From an uncultured virus (IMG/VR IMGVR_UViG_3300032087_004222) (taxonomy: Duplodnaviria; Heunggongvirae; Uroviricota; Caudoviricetes), in the IMG/VR virus record IMGVR_UViG_3300032087_004222: 64,000 nucleotides of DNA; one strand, written 5' to 3'. The stretch's first letter is position 1. Each line of letters begins with the position of its first letter. A program made the translations under genes and the position numbers. Below, piece after piece: positions 18,774-28,196 of this stretch. The notes under the pieces were generated by a model that saw nothing but the letters and a program-made list of their open reading frames with translations, was not told the origin of the DNA and made no database searches.

Positions 18774-18790
18774 CTCCTTTAAGTATGATT
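18774..18790 (-). promoter_or_regulatory. 17-bp repeat copy 3
   Basis: Exact match, upstream of DUF932. Confidence 0.75.
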
Positions 18791-18806
18791 TACTTTCATC
18801 ATCGTT

Positions 18807-19223
18807 TTATTTTGTTGGGAGCGCTGCCTCCCCCACCAGCATGCTCTGTTGTGCGAAGTCGAGCAGGCTCTTCGCCTGCGGGCTGTCCATGTCCAGACCC
18901 AAGGCCATGCCGCTCGGGAGCGCCTCGCCGTAGTCGCGGGCATCCACGTCACCGTGTATGATCATCCAAGGGTGCTCCTCCGCTTGGTACAAGTCCACGC
19001 ACACGTAGTACTTGCTCGCGCTGGCTGCGCTCTGGTGCGTCGGCTCCTGCTTGGTCAACCACTCGGTCACCTCGTTGGGCGCACGTAGTTCGAGTGCGAC
19101 CCCGTAGTCCCTGTTGATGCTCACGGGACCGATGCCCTGTATGTGCAATCGCCCTGCTTTTATTCCGTTCGTTCTCACTTGTATTCTACTCAATCTTCTC
19201 ATCTCCTTTGTTGACGTACTCAC
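18807..19223 (-). CDS. Hypothetical protein
   Basis: 138-aa ORF downstream of the phosphatase. Confidence 0.55.
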   Translation of the reverse strand: MSTSTKEMRRLSRIQVRTNGIKAGRLHIQGIGPVSINRDYGVALELRAPNEVTEWLTKQEPTHQSAASASKYYVCVDLYQAEEHPWMIIHGDVDARDYGEALPSGMALGLDMDSPQAKSLLDFAQQSMLVGEAALPTK

Positions 19224-20058
19224 TCACGTCGATCATCTCGTCTTGGCACTTGTCGCACCCCACGCCCTTCTGATTGGGCTCGTGGTGGAATCCCATGTTG
19301 TCGCATGAGAGGCACTCGTAGACGTGCTCGCCCTGATGTGAGATTGTCTTTGTCAGGGTGAAGTTGTCGTACCCACCCCATTGGAAGGCGTAGTTGTTGT
19401 ACGCCGATCTACTCACCGGCGGGAACAGGTCCTCGCCCAGTGGTATCTGACAGACGTCCGCGATGTACCGCTGCTGTGACGCTGCCTCGACCTCGTGCTC
19501 GCACATCCTCGACCTGACGAACCGGATCAACTGAGCCGAGTTCTTCCACGTGTGCTCCTCCTTCGGTATGAGGAGGTGGGCGAGGATCGCCAACTGCACA
19601 CCCGTCCTGCCGTGGCCACCGACGCACTGGCAGGACACGGTCTTGATGTCCTGCGTCTTGATGTCGTGGGCCAAGTCCAACCAGAACTCCCGCTTGAGAG
19701 TACGTGGTATGCCGAAGTCGGGCCAGTCGATCGGGATGATGACCGGTGGCTTGGGCGCGTACTTGGATATGGCCCAGCCCTCGGGGAACGAGAACACGTC
19801 CCGCTTCACCACGTCGCTTGGGCCCAGCGCCAAGTCAGGCAATGGGTTCATCCTGTACCAACAGCCGTTGCGGCTGGAGCCCCCACCGTAGACGTCGACG
19901 CCACCCGTGGAGAACACGAGTATGTTGCCAGTGTGACAACCTGCCTTGCTCTTCCACATGTTCTTCACCTCATCCATTTGCCTCTTCGCTTCCTTCGTTC
20001 TTTCCTCGACATTCTTGGTGTGTCGTATCTGCATCTTCTTTTTCTTTCTCTTGCCCAT
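19186..20058 (-). CDS. Cys-based protein tyrosine/dual-specificity phosphatase with C-terminal Zn ribbon
   Basis: WPD loop (IDWPDFGIP), CX5R P-loop (CVGGHGRTG), Q-loop-like SQQRYI, CLSC...CDKC. Confidence 0.85.
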   Translation of the reverse strand: MGKRKKKKMQIRHTKNVEERTKEAKRQMDEVKNMWKSKAGCHTGNILVFSTGGVDVYGGGSSRNGCWYRMNPLPDLALGPSDVVKRDVFSFPEGWAISKYAPKPPVIIPIDWPDFGIPRTLKREFWLDLAHDIKTQDIKTVSCQCVGGHGRTGVQLAILAHLLIPKEEHTWKNSAQLIRFVRSRMCEHEVEAASQQRYIADVCQIPLGEDLFPPVSRSAYNNYAFQWGGYDNFTLTKTISHQGEHVYECLSCDNMGFHHEPNQKGVGCDKCQDEMIDVSEYVNKGDEKIE

Positions 20059-20060
20059 GT

Positions 20061-22451
20061 TCACCACTCCGGTTCCTCCCAATCATCATCAGCGTCATCG
20101 AGGTGACCCTGCTCCTTCGCCAGATGGTGGGATTTGTCCTTCATTTTCTTCACCAGCCACATGAATGACCCCAACTTGGATGCCAAGGTCTGCCTCTCGT
20201 CATCGGTCATTGTCGCTGAGTTGATCTCACCAACGTACTTGCTGATCTTCTTGTCCAAGATGTAGCAACACCAATCGTAGATCGGCTTGGCGCTGTATTC
20301 CCCTGTCATCATCTTTCCGTCCTTGTAGTACATACTGGCTATCTGGGCATCCCCGTCGATCATACCCTCTATTGTCAAGAACGAGGCACTGGGGGTCTGC
20401 TTGGCCTCACCATCGAGGATGAACACGGCCATCTTCTCAAGTAGACCATCCACAGGGGTGATCGTCTGCGGTTCGCCGCCCTCGCTCTGCTCCTCGACCC
20501 CCAATTGGAAGTGCTGCTTGCACGACGAGCAGTGTGGCATGCCGCATGGGACGTACTCCGGCTTGCTCGGGTACCTCATGGCATGGTTGCCAGTGTTTGG
20601 GTGGACCATCACGTTTGAGTCCACCACGGCCCTGAGCGAGGGCCAGATGAAGTTCGGTTGGTTGGGGAACAAGTAGGAGGTTTCGTTGTCGTTCAACTCC
20701 ATCCCCTCGAATATGGGGTGCTGCTTCTGGTGGTTGTGCTTGTTCTTGTTCAGCCACTTGTACAACTCGCCGTACATGAGGTTGGACTCGGACCCGTAGG
20801 TCGCTGTCACCAGTGGATCGTCCTCGATGACGTGCTTGGCGATGGCGTACACCTTGACCATGTCGTTCATGCGACCGTCGGGGAACCCACCTGTCGCGTA
20901 GTCGAAGGCTGGCTTCTGCAGGAACTTGTTGAACAGGTGGCCGGTGTTGTGGACGCAGTTCTCCAGTGAGTTGATCGACGCCAGCACCTCCTCGTAGTCA
21001 CCGCCATCGAGGAAGTCGGCGAGGGCACGTGCGGCATCACGACCGTGCTTCGCACCATCGGCCCACTTGGGACCGCCGTACGACGAGCACCAGTTGGTCC
21101 TGAACTGCAGCCTCATGTAGTCGAGGAGGTTGGCCACCTGCCTGAAGTCCTCGATGACTATCCTCTGGACACCAGCGTAGTAGTGCTTCCTGACCTTGGT
21201 GATCGTCGATGGGTTGCTGGTGACGGTGACCTCCTCCATGATGCCATCGCCGAGGACGGCATGTAGGAAGACCGGGATGTCAGGTGAGTGGGTCTTGTTC
21301 TGGTCCATGGAGTGCCTCAACTCACCCGCTGATATGGCGAAGACCGCCTTGACGATCCAACCAGCGAACACACCAGCGAGGTAGGCCACGACCTTGGGGT
21401 CGGACATGGGCATGCTCGCCCACTGGTGGAAGAACGTGGCGAGCCAACCGAACTGCTTCTGCCAGTGATGGTTGGCGTACTGCACACCAGCACGGAACTC
21501 AGTCACATACTGGGACGGGTCATATGGATTGGCGGTGAAAGTATTGTCGGGGTCATTGACGACCCAACCGCTTGCAGGCTCCACCCAAGAGTCACCGACA
21601 TCGACGTGACCGATCACGTACGGGATGCCATGGGCTCGGCAGTGAGCACAGATGTGCGAGAGTAGTGAGCCGTTGGGCTCGCTGACGACGAAGCCGTCGG
21701 GGACCTTGTCCTTGGTGATGAACTCCTCGAGCCAAGCGACCTGCTCCAGACCGGTCGCCTCGAACACCTCACTGACGTCGACCCTGCCGTCCGGTATGAT
21801 GCCGTTGACACTGACGCCCTCCGGTGGTGGTGCCATGGAGACGTGGTTCTCAGCGCCCCTGATCTGTGTGAGGTACGTGCCGAAGGCATTGTCCTGCTCC
21901 TCAAGGTGACGGTCTATGCCCCACTTGGACCATGAGACGAACTCGACCTCGTGCATGTCAGGGTCGAAGTTGAGTTTCTCCAAGTTGCGGAGCAGGCGGG
22001 TGCCCCTCAATGGTAGCGTGATGCTCAGGCCATGACCGGCGGTGATGCCGTCGTGACCTTGACCGATCACCGCGTACTTGCCCGGTGCCATGACCGCGCT
22101 GTAGTCAGCGTCGATGAACGGCTGGAGAATGAGGCAGCCCTCCGGGTCCAACTCGAGCATCGAGTTCCTGAGCCTCGCCCAGTCCATCAGGAAGTCGTCG
22201 GACTTGATCATCGTCGACTCGAGGACGCCGTGCCTCGGGGTCAGTGGGGCGGTGCGCAGGAAGGCGAACTCCTTGTCGTTCCTACTGAACCAATCCCGTA
22301 TGTGCTTGGGCCCGTCATCGAGCAGCAGTACCATCGTGTGCCGTGGTACCTCGTAGCACCTGTTGTAGTCCCTCTCGTAGCGCAGCAGGGCCGCTGCCTT
22401 CTGGCTCCTGATCCTGTCCGCCCTGCTTGCATTGTGTTCTCTCTCTACCAT
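20061..22451 (-). CDS. PEP-synthase/dikinase-like phosphotransferase (ATP-grasp + phospho-His swivel + unknown C-terminal domain)
   Basis: Swivel GFVVSEPNGSLLSHICAHCRAHGIPYVIG; ATP-grasp-like LILQPFIDADYSAV, GQGHDGITAG, EVEF, YLTQIRG. Confidence 0.7.
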   Translation of the reverse strand: MVEREHNASRADRIRSQKAAALLRYERDYNRCYEVPRHTMVLLLDDGPKHIRDWFSRNDKEFAFLRTAPLTPRHGVLESTMIKSDDFLMDWARLRNSMLELDPEGCLILQPFIDADYSAVMAPGKYAVIGQGHDGITAGHGLSITLPLRGTRLLRNLEKLNFDPDMHEVEFVSWSKWGIDRHLEEQDNAFGTYLTQIRGAENHVSMAPPPEGVSVNGIIPDGRVDVSEVFEATGLEQVAWLEEFITKDKVPDGFVVSEPNGSLLSHICAHCRAHGIPYVIGHVDVGDSWVEPASGWVVNDPDNTFTANPYDPSQYVTEFRAGVQYANHHWQKQFGWLATFFHQWASMPMSDPKVVAYLAGVFAGWIVKAVFAISAGELRHSMDQNKTHSPDIPVFLHAVLGDGIMEEVTVTSNPSTITKVRKHYYAGVQRIVIEDFRQVANLLDYMRLQFRTNWCSSYGGPKWADGAKHGRDAARALADFLDGGDYEEVLASINSLENCVHNTGHLFNKFLQKPAFDYATGGFPDGRMNDMVKVYAIAKHVIEDDPLVTATYGSESNLMYGELYKWLNKNKHNHQKQHPIFEGMELNDNETSYLFPNQPNFIWPSLRAVVDSNVMVHPNTGNHAMRYPSKPEYVPCGMPHCSSCKQHFQLGVEEQSEGGEPQTITPVDGLLEKMAVFILDGEAKQTPSASFLTIEGMIDGDAQIASMYYKDGKMMTGEYSAKPIYDWCCYILDKKISKYVGEINSATMTDDERQTLASKLGSFMWLVKKMKDKSHHLAKEQGHLDDADDDWEEPEW

Positions 22452-22467
22452 CACTCCTCCTCCTTTG

Positions 22468-22484
22468 CTCCTTTAAGTATGATT
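22468..22484 (-). promoter_or_regulatory. 17-bp repeat copy 4
   Basis: Exact match, upstream of the dikinase-like gene. Confidence 0.75.
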
Positions 22485-22537
22485 TGACTCTGTATTGCTC
22501 TCACTGCTCCTACTCCGGCGACTATGACTCTTCTCCC

Positions 22538-24586
22538 TCACTTGTTCTTCTGGGTGAGAATACTCGCATCGATCTCTCCTGCGTCCACCATATCCTGCAG
22601 CAGCGCACGTGTGATCCCGCTCCTTTGCACCTCGTCCCCGCCATCGAGAACAGCCTTCACGACCGCTCGCTTCTGCTCGATCAGTTGGTGGAACTTCTCG
22701 TCTATCGTACCCTCGACAGTGAAGTACAGGGCGTGTACGGTCTGCGCGTCCTGCCCTATCCTGTTCACCCTGTCCTCGGCCTGCTCCTCCCATCCGGGCA
22801 CCCACTCACGCTCGACGAACACCACGGTGTCCGCTGCCGTGAGGGTCAGTCCCTCCTTGGCTGCGAGGGTGCTGCACACCAGCACGTCGATCTCCCCCGC
22901 TTGGAACCTGTCCACGATCTCGCTCCTCCTCTCTGACTGTACTTCCCCGGTGATAGTATCCACCCTGAGATTCTCCAGTTTGAGTTTGCTGACCAGTGGG
23001 GCCACCACGTTCTTGTGATGAGCGAACACCACGATGGGTCGCTCGTTGTTCTTCTTGTAGTCGATGACCCACTCCGACGCTGGCCCCACCTTCATGACGC
23101 CGCAGTTGTGCCTGAGATCGGTCAGCATGTTCAGCACGTAGCCCGCAGGCAATGACCTGCCGCTGTCCCTGATCTGTGCGTAGTCGTCCCCCCAGTCCCT
23201 CTGCCTCTGCCGGTACTCCTTGAGTTCGGCCTTGGTCGGGACCACTGGGATGCTCTGCCTGATCTTGTCAGGCAACTCGGCCATGACCTCCTTCTTCAGC
23301 CTGCGAATGGCGAAGTCCTTGCTGACGGCGTGGAGTTCCTCGACGTTGCTCGCGCCACCTGTCACCCAACCCCACTCACCGGGGTATCCGCTGCAGTACC
23401 TCCTGACGTACGCCACCCAAGATGAGAACTGCGCAGGGCGCAGCAGTTTGAGCGTGGTGTAGTACTCGGATGGCCTGTTGGTGATCGCCGTGCCTGAGAG
23501 GCACAGCACCGACTCGCTCCTGTCAGCGATCTCTATCGTCGCCTTGGTCCTGTCGCTCTTGCTGTTCTTGATGTAGTGGGACTCGTCCAAGATGCTGATG
23601 CCGAATGACATCTGCTCCAACTGCTCGAGCCTCCTGCTTATGATGTCGTAGTTGATGATGGTGAAGTCGGCCTCCTCGATCGGTCCCTTGTACCCATTGA
23701 TCACCTCGACAGTGGCGTCGGGAATCCACGTACGGACCTCCTTCGCCCAGTTGTACTTGACGTTGGACGGACAGACCACGATCACGGGCCACTGCTCCTT
23801 GTGGAGAGCGGCGTAGCCGATGGCCTGTATGGTCTTGCCCACGCCCATGTCGTCACCGATCAGGCAACGACCACCAGCCAACTCGGCGAACCTGACGCCG
23901 ACGTACTGGAAGGGGTAGAGTTCCAGTCCGGGTGCGAACACACCGGCCAGCCTCTCCCTCATCTCGGCCACGACCTCCTCGTCATCCAACTCGGCTGCAT
24001 CTGATATAGCGATCCTCGCTGCGTAGTCATCCATGTAGGTCTGTACTTCTGGGAGCGAGGCAATCGCATCGCACAGTGGTTGGTACACGTCGTTGAGCCT
24101 CGACATCAGGAAGGCAGCCTCGCTCAGTGGTATGCGCCACACCTTCTTCTTGGGGTCCCATGCCCTGTTCGGCACACCCTTGACGATGTTCCTCACACGG
24201 TCACGCAGTTTCTCGTCCTGAATCCAAGGCCAGTTGAGTTCGATCTCACCACGCACGACTGAGGCGGTGGCCTCCTTGACCTTGCCAGCGTTGCTCGCTG
24301 GTGCGTCCTTGACCATGCCGAGCAGGTTGGTGACGTCGTACTTCTGCTTGAGAATACCTGCCGCCACCCGTATCACCTCGGGGTCGTACCTGATCGACCA
24401 GATACCGTTGGAGAACTTCAGGTTGTAGTACCCCTCGACCTCGCGTAGTTTGTTCTTGAGTTTGCCCTGCACCTCCCTGTCGAATGGGAATTTGATGGAC
24501 ACCCTCTTGCTCCTGCGTGGGTACCTGCGAGCGGTGTCGTTCTTGGCGAACCACTCCTCCTCGAACAACTCGGTCTCGACCATCAT
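22538..24586 (-). CDS. SNF2-family helicase (SMARCAL1/HARP-like)
   Basis: GDDMGVGKT, DESH, LSGT, IRRLK, QAEDRVNRIGQ; two N-terminal HARP-like segments (FPFD..., WDPKKKVWRIP). Confidence 0.92.
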   Translation of the reverse strand: MMVETELFEEEWFAKNDTARRYPRRSKRVSIKFPFDREVQGKLKNKLREVEGYYNLKFSNGIWSIRYDPEVIRVAAGILKQKYDVTNLLGMVKDAPASNAGKVKEATASVVRGEIELNWPWIQDEKLRDRVRNIVKGVPNRAWDPKKKVWRIPLSEAAFLMSRLNDVYQPLCDAIASLPEVQTYMDDYAARIAISDAAELDDEEVVAEMRERLAGVFAPGLELYPFQYVGVRFAELAGGRCLIGDDMGVGKTIQAIGYAALHKEQWPVIVVCPSNVKYNWAKEVRTWIPDATVEVINGYKGPIEEADFTIINYDIISRRLEQLEQMSFGISILDESHYIKNSKSDRTKATIEIADRSESVLCLSGTAITNRPSEYYTTLKLLRPAQFSSWVAYVRRYCSGYPGEWGWVTGGASNVEELHAVSKDFAIRRLKKEVMAELPDKIRQSIPVVPTKAELKEYRQRQRDWGDDYAQIRDSGRSLPAGYVLNMLTDLRHNCGVMKVGPASEWVIDYKKNNERPIVVFAHHKNVVAPLVSKLKLENLRVDTITGEVQSERRSEIVDRFQAGEIDVLVCSTLAAKEGLTLTAADTVVFVEREWVPGWEEQAEDRVNRIGQDAQTVHALYFTVEGTIDEKFHQLIEQKRAVVKAVLDGGDEVQRSGITRALLQDMVDAGEIDASILTQKNK

Positions 24587-24864
24587 TAGAACCCCGTCCT
24601 TCTCGTGTGGCACTGCTTGAACAGAACGAACAACTCCTTGTACTCATCGGAGCGGGACTTGAACTCCCGACTTTTCTTCTCCTTGAGTATCTCCCTCATC
24701 TTGGGGTCACTCGTCTTGGCGGCTGCCCTCCTGCTCAGGCGCTCATCGTCCTCAGCCTTGCGCAAACAGCGGATTGCCATCGACTTAAGTGAGCGGTACA
24801 GCAATTGCACCTCACGGTCGGACAGTTCCCGCCCCATCACCTTCACGTCATAAGAGCCATCCAT
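24586..24864 (-). CDS. Basic hypothetical protein
   Basis: 92-aa ORF with TAATG coupling. Confidence 0.5.
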   Translation of the reverse strand: MDGSYDVKVMGRELSDREVQLLYRSLKSMAIRCLRKAEDDERLSRRAAAKTSDPKMREILKEKKSREFKSRSDEYKELFVLFKQCHTRRTGF

Positions 24865-24868
24865 GTCA

Positions 24869-25105
24869 TCACTCTATCCTCGCTATCGCAGCGTCGTACT
24901 CCTTCCATGCCTCGGCGGTCTTGACGTCCTTGTTGGCGCCGTTCCTGTTGAGGGGGTGCTGGTGCGTGATCCTCAACTTGCCACGCAGCACACGCTCGGC
25001 CTCCTTCCTCGCTGCCCTCCTCTTGGCACACAGCGAGGCCTCGGTCCTCAGTACTTCTCTCCCCATTATATTCATTCCATCATTCATCTTCGTTGTCTTC
25101 TTCAT
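24869..25105 (-). CDS. Hypothetical protein
   Basis: Coupled ORF. Confidence 0.5.
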   Translation of the reverse strand: MKKTTKMNDGMNIMGREVLRTEASLCAKRRAARKEAERVLRGKLRITHQHPLNRNGANKDVKTAEAWKEYDAAIARIE

Positions 25106-25488
25106 TCTTCCTCATCTCCATTCCAAGCGTCCGTTGCCTCCGTCATCAAGTGCGGGGCACGTGTCTCGATCAAATCCCATAGCCTCTGTGCTCTCTTGAG
25201 CAGCCGCCGGGCCTCCGCGTAGAGTCGTGGTGCGCTCACGATGAGTGCTTGGTTGGCCTCAGCCTCCCTCGCCTCATCCTCGTCCCACCGCTGATCAGTC
25301 AAGTGGAACGTGATGCTGCAACCCTCAAGGCCCTCTCGATACTTGTCTCTCCAATTCAATGGGACGGGACGTAAACCGTAGGGCTCATTCTGTGCATGCA
25401 ACATGTACCACTCAGGCCCCCACGGTGTGTGGTGCTTCATGTTGTACCATACGTGTTCGGGTATCTCGGATTCGCTTGTGTCAATCAT
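25102..25488 (-). CDS. Phage early protein with 'ANA.LI.AAP.L'-type motif
   Basis: ANQALIVSAPRLY. Confidence 0.55.
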   Translation of the reverse strand: MIDTSESEIPEHVWYNMKHHTPWGPEWYMLHAQNEPYGLRPVPLNWRDKYREGLEGCSITFHLTDQRWDEDEAREAEANQALIVSAPRLYAEARRLLKRAQRLWDLIETRAPHLMTEATDAWNGDEEE

Positions 25489-25841
25489 TCACTCACCAAC
25501 CTGTTCATCTTCTCAATGTGATTACCAAGTTGGTAGTACCAACCTGTGTCTTGGTCACTGATGTCCGACCTAACTCTCTCAGCCGCCTCAACAAGTTTCC
25601 TTCCCTGCTCACGCAGCCGCTTGACTTCCTCAAGGAGAAGTGGTGCGTCGACCATCAGCCTGATGTCCGGGTTGTCCTCGGTGCCGTAGTGATCGCTGTC
25701 ACGCATCACCAGTGCGATGGTCTTGTAGTCAGCCACCTCACCATGCTCATCATGCACCTCGAATATCACCGAGTCGTCAGCGTCGGTGCCCCTCCACTTG
25801 CCGTCGTTCGTCAGTCCCTCGTATCTACTCATGTCAATCAT
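25485..25841 (-). CDS. Phage early protein, same motif family as its neighbour
   Basis: Start MIDMSRY at 25841; DIRLMVDAPLLLEEVKRLR. Confidence 0.55.
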   Translation of the reverse strand: MIDMSRYEGLTNDGKWRGTDADDSVIFEVHDEHGEVADYKTIALVMRDSDHYGTEDNPDIRLMVDAPLLLEEVKRLREQGRKLVEAAERVRSDISDQDTGWYYQLGNHIEKMNRLVSE

Positions 25842-26389
25842 TCCTCTTCCTCCTTGTTGATGGACATGAGGTACGCTCGCTCCCCGTCCCATCGCAGGAT
25901 GCTGTTGCTCGTCATCAACTTCTCGTCCCACATGTGGTTGGGGATGAGGTAGTGAATCTCTCTGGCCTTGCATGTGGTGGCGAGGTGTACAACGATCCTG
26001 TCCAACGCCTCCATGCTCTCGACGGCGTTCTCGTACACCCTCATCATGCGCTGGGTGAACTCATCGCTCGCCCAATCCAATGAGGCCCTCGCATGCCTCA
26101 AGGCCCAGACCTCGAATGACTGGTTGCTCACGTTGGAACTCCAACCAGCGTCAGCCATGCGCTGCACGAACTCCTGCGTGAACGGTGACTCGTTGAGTAT
26201 CTGCTTCGCCGACATCTGGAACCTGAACGTGGCCTCCTCCACGCTCACCGATCGGCGGTTTTGGCTCCCTATCCTTCCGATACCGGCTGCCATCGCTATG
26301 GCGCCCATCGCTGGCGAGCAGAGGAACTCGTTCTCCTCCTCGCTGAACATCTGTCGTCCTTCTTCACTCTCTATGCCTACTTCCAACAT
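25838..26389 (-). CDS. Hypothetical protein
   Basis: First gene after a repeat copy; GGAGTGA RBS. Confidence 0.6.
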   Translation of the reverse strand: MLEVGIESEEGRQMFSEEENEFLCSPAMGAIAMAAGIGRIGSQNRRSVSVEEATFRFQMSAKQILNESPFTQEFVQRMADAGWSSNVSNQSFEVWALRHARASLDWASDEFTQRMMRVYENAVESMEALDRIVVHLATTCKAREIHYLIPNHMWDEKLMTSNSILRWDGERAYLMSINKEEEE

Positions 26390-26412
26390 CTTTCTTCACT
26401 CCTTTTTCTTTG

Positions 26413-26429
26413 CTCCTTTAAGTATGATT
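26413..26429 (-). promoter_or_regulatory. 17-bp repeat copy 5
   Basis: Exact match. Confidence 0.75.
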
Positions 26430-26500
26430 TCAACCATCCAACTCCCATTCCTCGTATATGTACTCGTCCGTCTCCACCCTGACCAGCAGTTTGTCCTCGC

Positions 26501-27082
26501 TCACAGGTCCACCCCGTGCTCAAGCAGGTAGGTGTACTCGCCATACCTCATCGAGTGGTACTCATACATCCGGTCCCTCGCCCAGTCGTCCCAGTCTATG
26601 TACGACTCCATCGGACCGCCGTTCTCGACGTAGCCGCAATCGTACGCCCACTCTCTGAAGTAGTCCTTCACGTCCTCGGTCCACGTCATCTGGTTGGCCA
26701 TGCTCTCCACCTGCTCGGCGGTTGGTGTGCCATTCACGAACTCCGTTGCGAACAGGAACGCTGGCACGTACCTACTGGGCTCGTCCTCGAACAGCCTCAT
26801 GCACTCGATGAGGTTCGGTATGTCGGGCCACTCGCCCAAGTGCTGTGACACCCTGCCGATCTCACCGTCGTAGTCCTGTATGTGCCACTCCTCCGGGTTG
26901 TGGTAGATCGTCACCGGCTGGTCGCACACGTGCGCTGCCATGTTGCCGGACTCCCACGCCTCCTCCAATTGGTCGGCGTCCAAGTGCCTGTACGTCAGTC
27001 GTCCATCGTTGTAGCAGGAGAGGCAGCCCACTGCCACCCGCTCCCTGTGTGTGTTTGTCTGTTCCATTGTCATGCTTCTCAT
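26501..27082 (-). CDS. ardA: ArdA-like antirestriction (DNA mimic) protein
   Basis: VGCLSCYNDGRL, EEWHIQDYDG, YIDWDDWARD; acidic, about 190 aa. Confidence 0.75.
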   Translation of the reverse strand: MRSMTMEQTNTHRERVAVGCLSCYNDGRLTYRHLDADQLEEAWESGNMAAHVCDQPVTIYHNPEEWHIQDYDGEIGRVSQHLGEWPDIPNLIECMRLFEDEPSRYVPAFLFATEFVNGTPTAEQVESMANQMTWTEDVKDYFREWAYDCGYVENGGPMESYIDWDDWARDRMYEYHSMRYGEYTYLLEHGVDL

Positions 27083-27095
27083 CTCTCCTGTTTTG

Positions 27096-27112
27096 CTCCT
27101 TTAAGTATGATT
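27096..27112 (-). promoter_or_regulatory. 17-bp repeat copy 6
   Basis: Exact match, upstream of ArdA. Confidence 0.75.
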
Positions 27113-27348
27113 TACTCCATCTCATTGTCATCGGCTATGCCGTGGTACTCGCTGCCTATGCCGAACAGCCTCTCCATGTGGTCGGCTTCCTGCAGTTGCC
27201 TCGCCTCCATGTACTCCTGCATGAAGGTAGTCTTCCCATCCCCATCGAGGAACAGGCTCCTTCCATCGGTCCACTCTATGACCATGTACATTCTCTTTGG
27301 CCCTATCTCAATCTCGTATGTCGAGTCATCGTAGTCCTTCATTCTCAT
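27112..27348 (-). CDS. Hypothetical protein
   Basis: Stop abuts a repeat copy. Confidence 0.5.
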   Translation of the reverse strand: MRMKDYDDSTYEIEIGPKRMYMVIEWTDGRSLFLDGDGKTTFMQEYMEARQLQEADHMERLFGIGSEYHGIADDNEME

Positions 27349-27560
27349 TCAATCACCTCGATCCTGTCAGCGTACATGCCGCCACGCTCCTCCACGTCCT
27401 CGATGCACCACTGTCTGAATCCGGCCATGCCCTCGTACATCTCAAGCACCTCCCAGTCGTAGGAGTACGTGTATCTCCTGCCGTCGTACTCCACGTGTAT
27501 CTCCTTCCACTCGGGGTGCTTCGTCAGGAACAGGTTCTCGTATGCCTGTGGCCCAATCAT
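27345..27560 (-). CDS. Hypothetical protein
   Basis: GAGGTGG RBS; coupled. Confidence 0.5.
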   Translation of the reverse strand: MIGPQAYENLFLTKHPEWKEIHVEYDGRRYTYSYDWEVLEMYEGMAGFRQWCIEDVEERGGMYADRIEVIE

Positions 27561-27618
27561 GCTTCCACCTCGTTTCTTTCATCAGGTCGAGGCCAGTAAG
27601 GCTCAGTCCAGTCGGGGA

Positions 27619-27798
27619 TCACGCTCCCACCTCGTAGCCCATGCTCCTGAGATGCTCGACAAACTCATGCCTCGCCTGTGACTCAGTGAACCCCATGTAC
27701 CTGTTTCGTATGGGGTGATTACTACCATCGGGCCAATACCACAGGTCCAACATGCCATTGTGCTTCCTGTCCACGGTAATCAGAGACCAACGAGTCAT
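27619..27798 (-). CDS. Hypothetical protein
   Basis: Start MTRWSLIT at 27798. Confidence 0.5.
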   Translation of the reverse strand: MTRWSLITVDRKHNGMLDLWYWPDGSNHPIRNRYMGFTESQARHEFVEHLRSMGYEVGA

Positions 27799-27959
27799 GC
27801 TTCCACCTCCACGAAGGTGTCCTCGATCGGCACCCACGGGTGGAGCCTCGCTGTCTCGCTCATGTCGAAGCACTGCTCGCACAGGTCGACCATGGGGTTG
27901 TTGCACGGGGTCAGGATCGTGACCGCCGCTATCGCATGGTAGCAGTCGTCACAGATCAC
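27795..27959 (-). CDS. 54-aa Zn-finger protein
   Basis: Translated by hand: MICDDCYHA...LCEQCFD...EVEA. GTGA and ATGA overlaps. Confidence 0.55.
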   Translation of the reverse strand: MICDDCYHAIAAVTILTPCNNPMVDLCEQCFDMSETARLHPWVPIEDTFVEVEA

Positions 27960-28192
27960 GCGCTCACCGCCTTCTCACGGTAGAATTCGGCGATGGTCTC
28001 CAAGTCCATCTCGTACATCTCCACCGCATCCTTCAAGGCCCATTCCACGAAGTCCTCGTAGGTCGTCTCCTCATCGGCAGAGGGGTCCCACGTGTAGCGG
28101 TACTGAGTCCCCTCCACGCTCACCACCGTGTCGAGGGTACCGTCGTCTATCAGCGTCACTTCATACTCATGTTCTTCATTCATTTCTTTCAT
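27956..28192 (-). CDS. Acidic hypothetical protein
   Basis: 78-aa ORF with AAGGAG RBS. Confidence 0.55.
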   Translation of the reverse strand: MKEMNEEHEYEVTLIDDGTLDTVVSVEGTQYRYTWDPSADEETTYEDFVEWALKDAVEMYEMDLETIAEFYREKAVSA

Positions 28193-28196
28193 CTCC

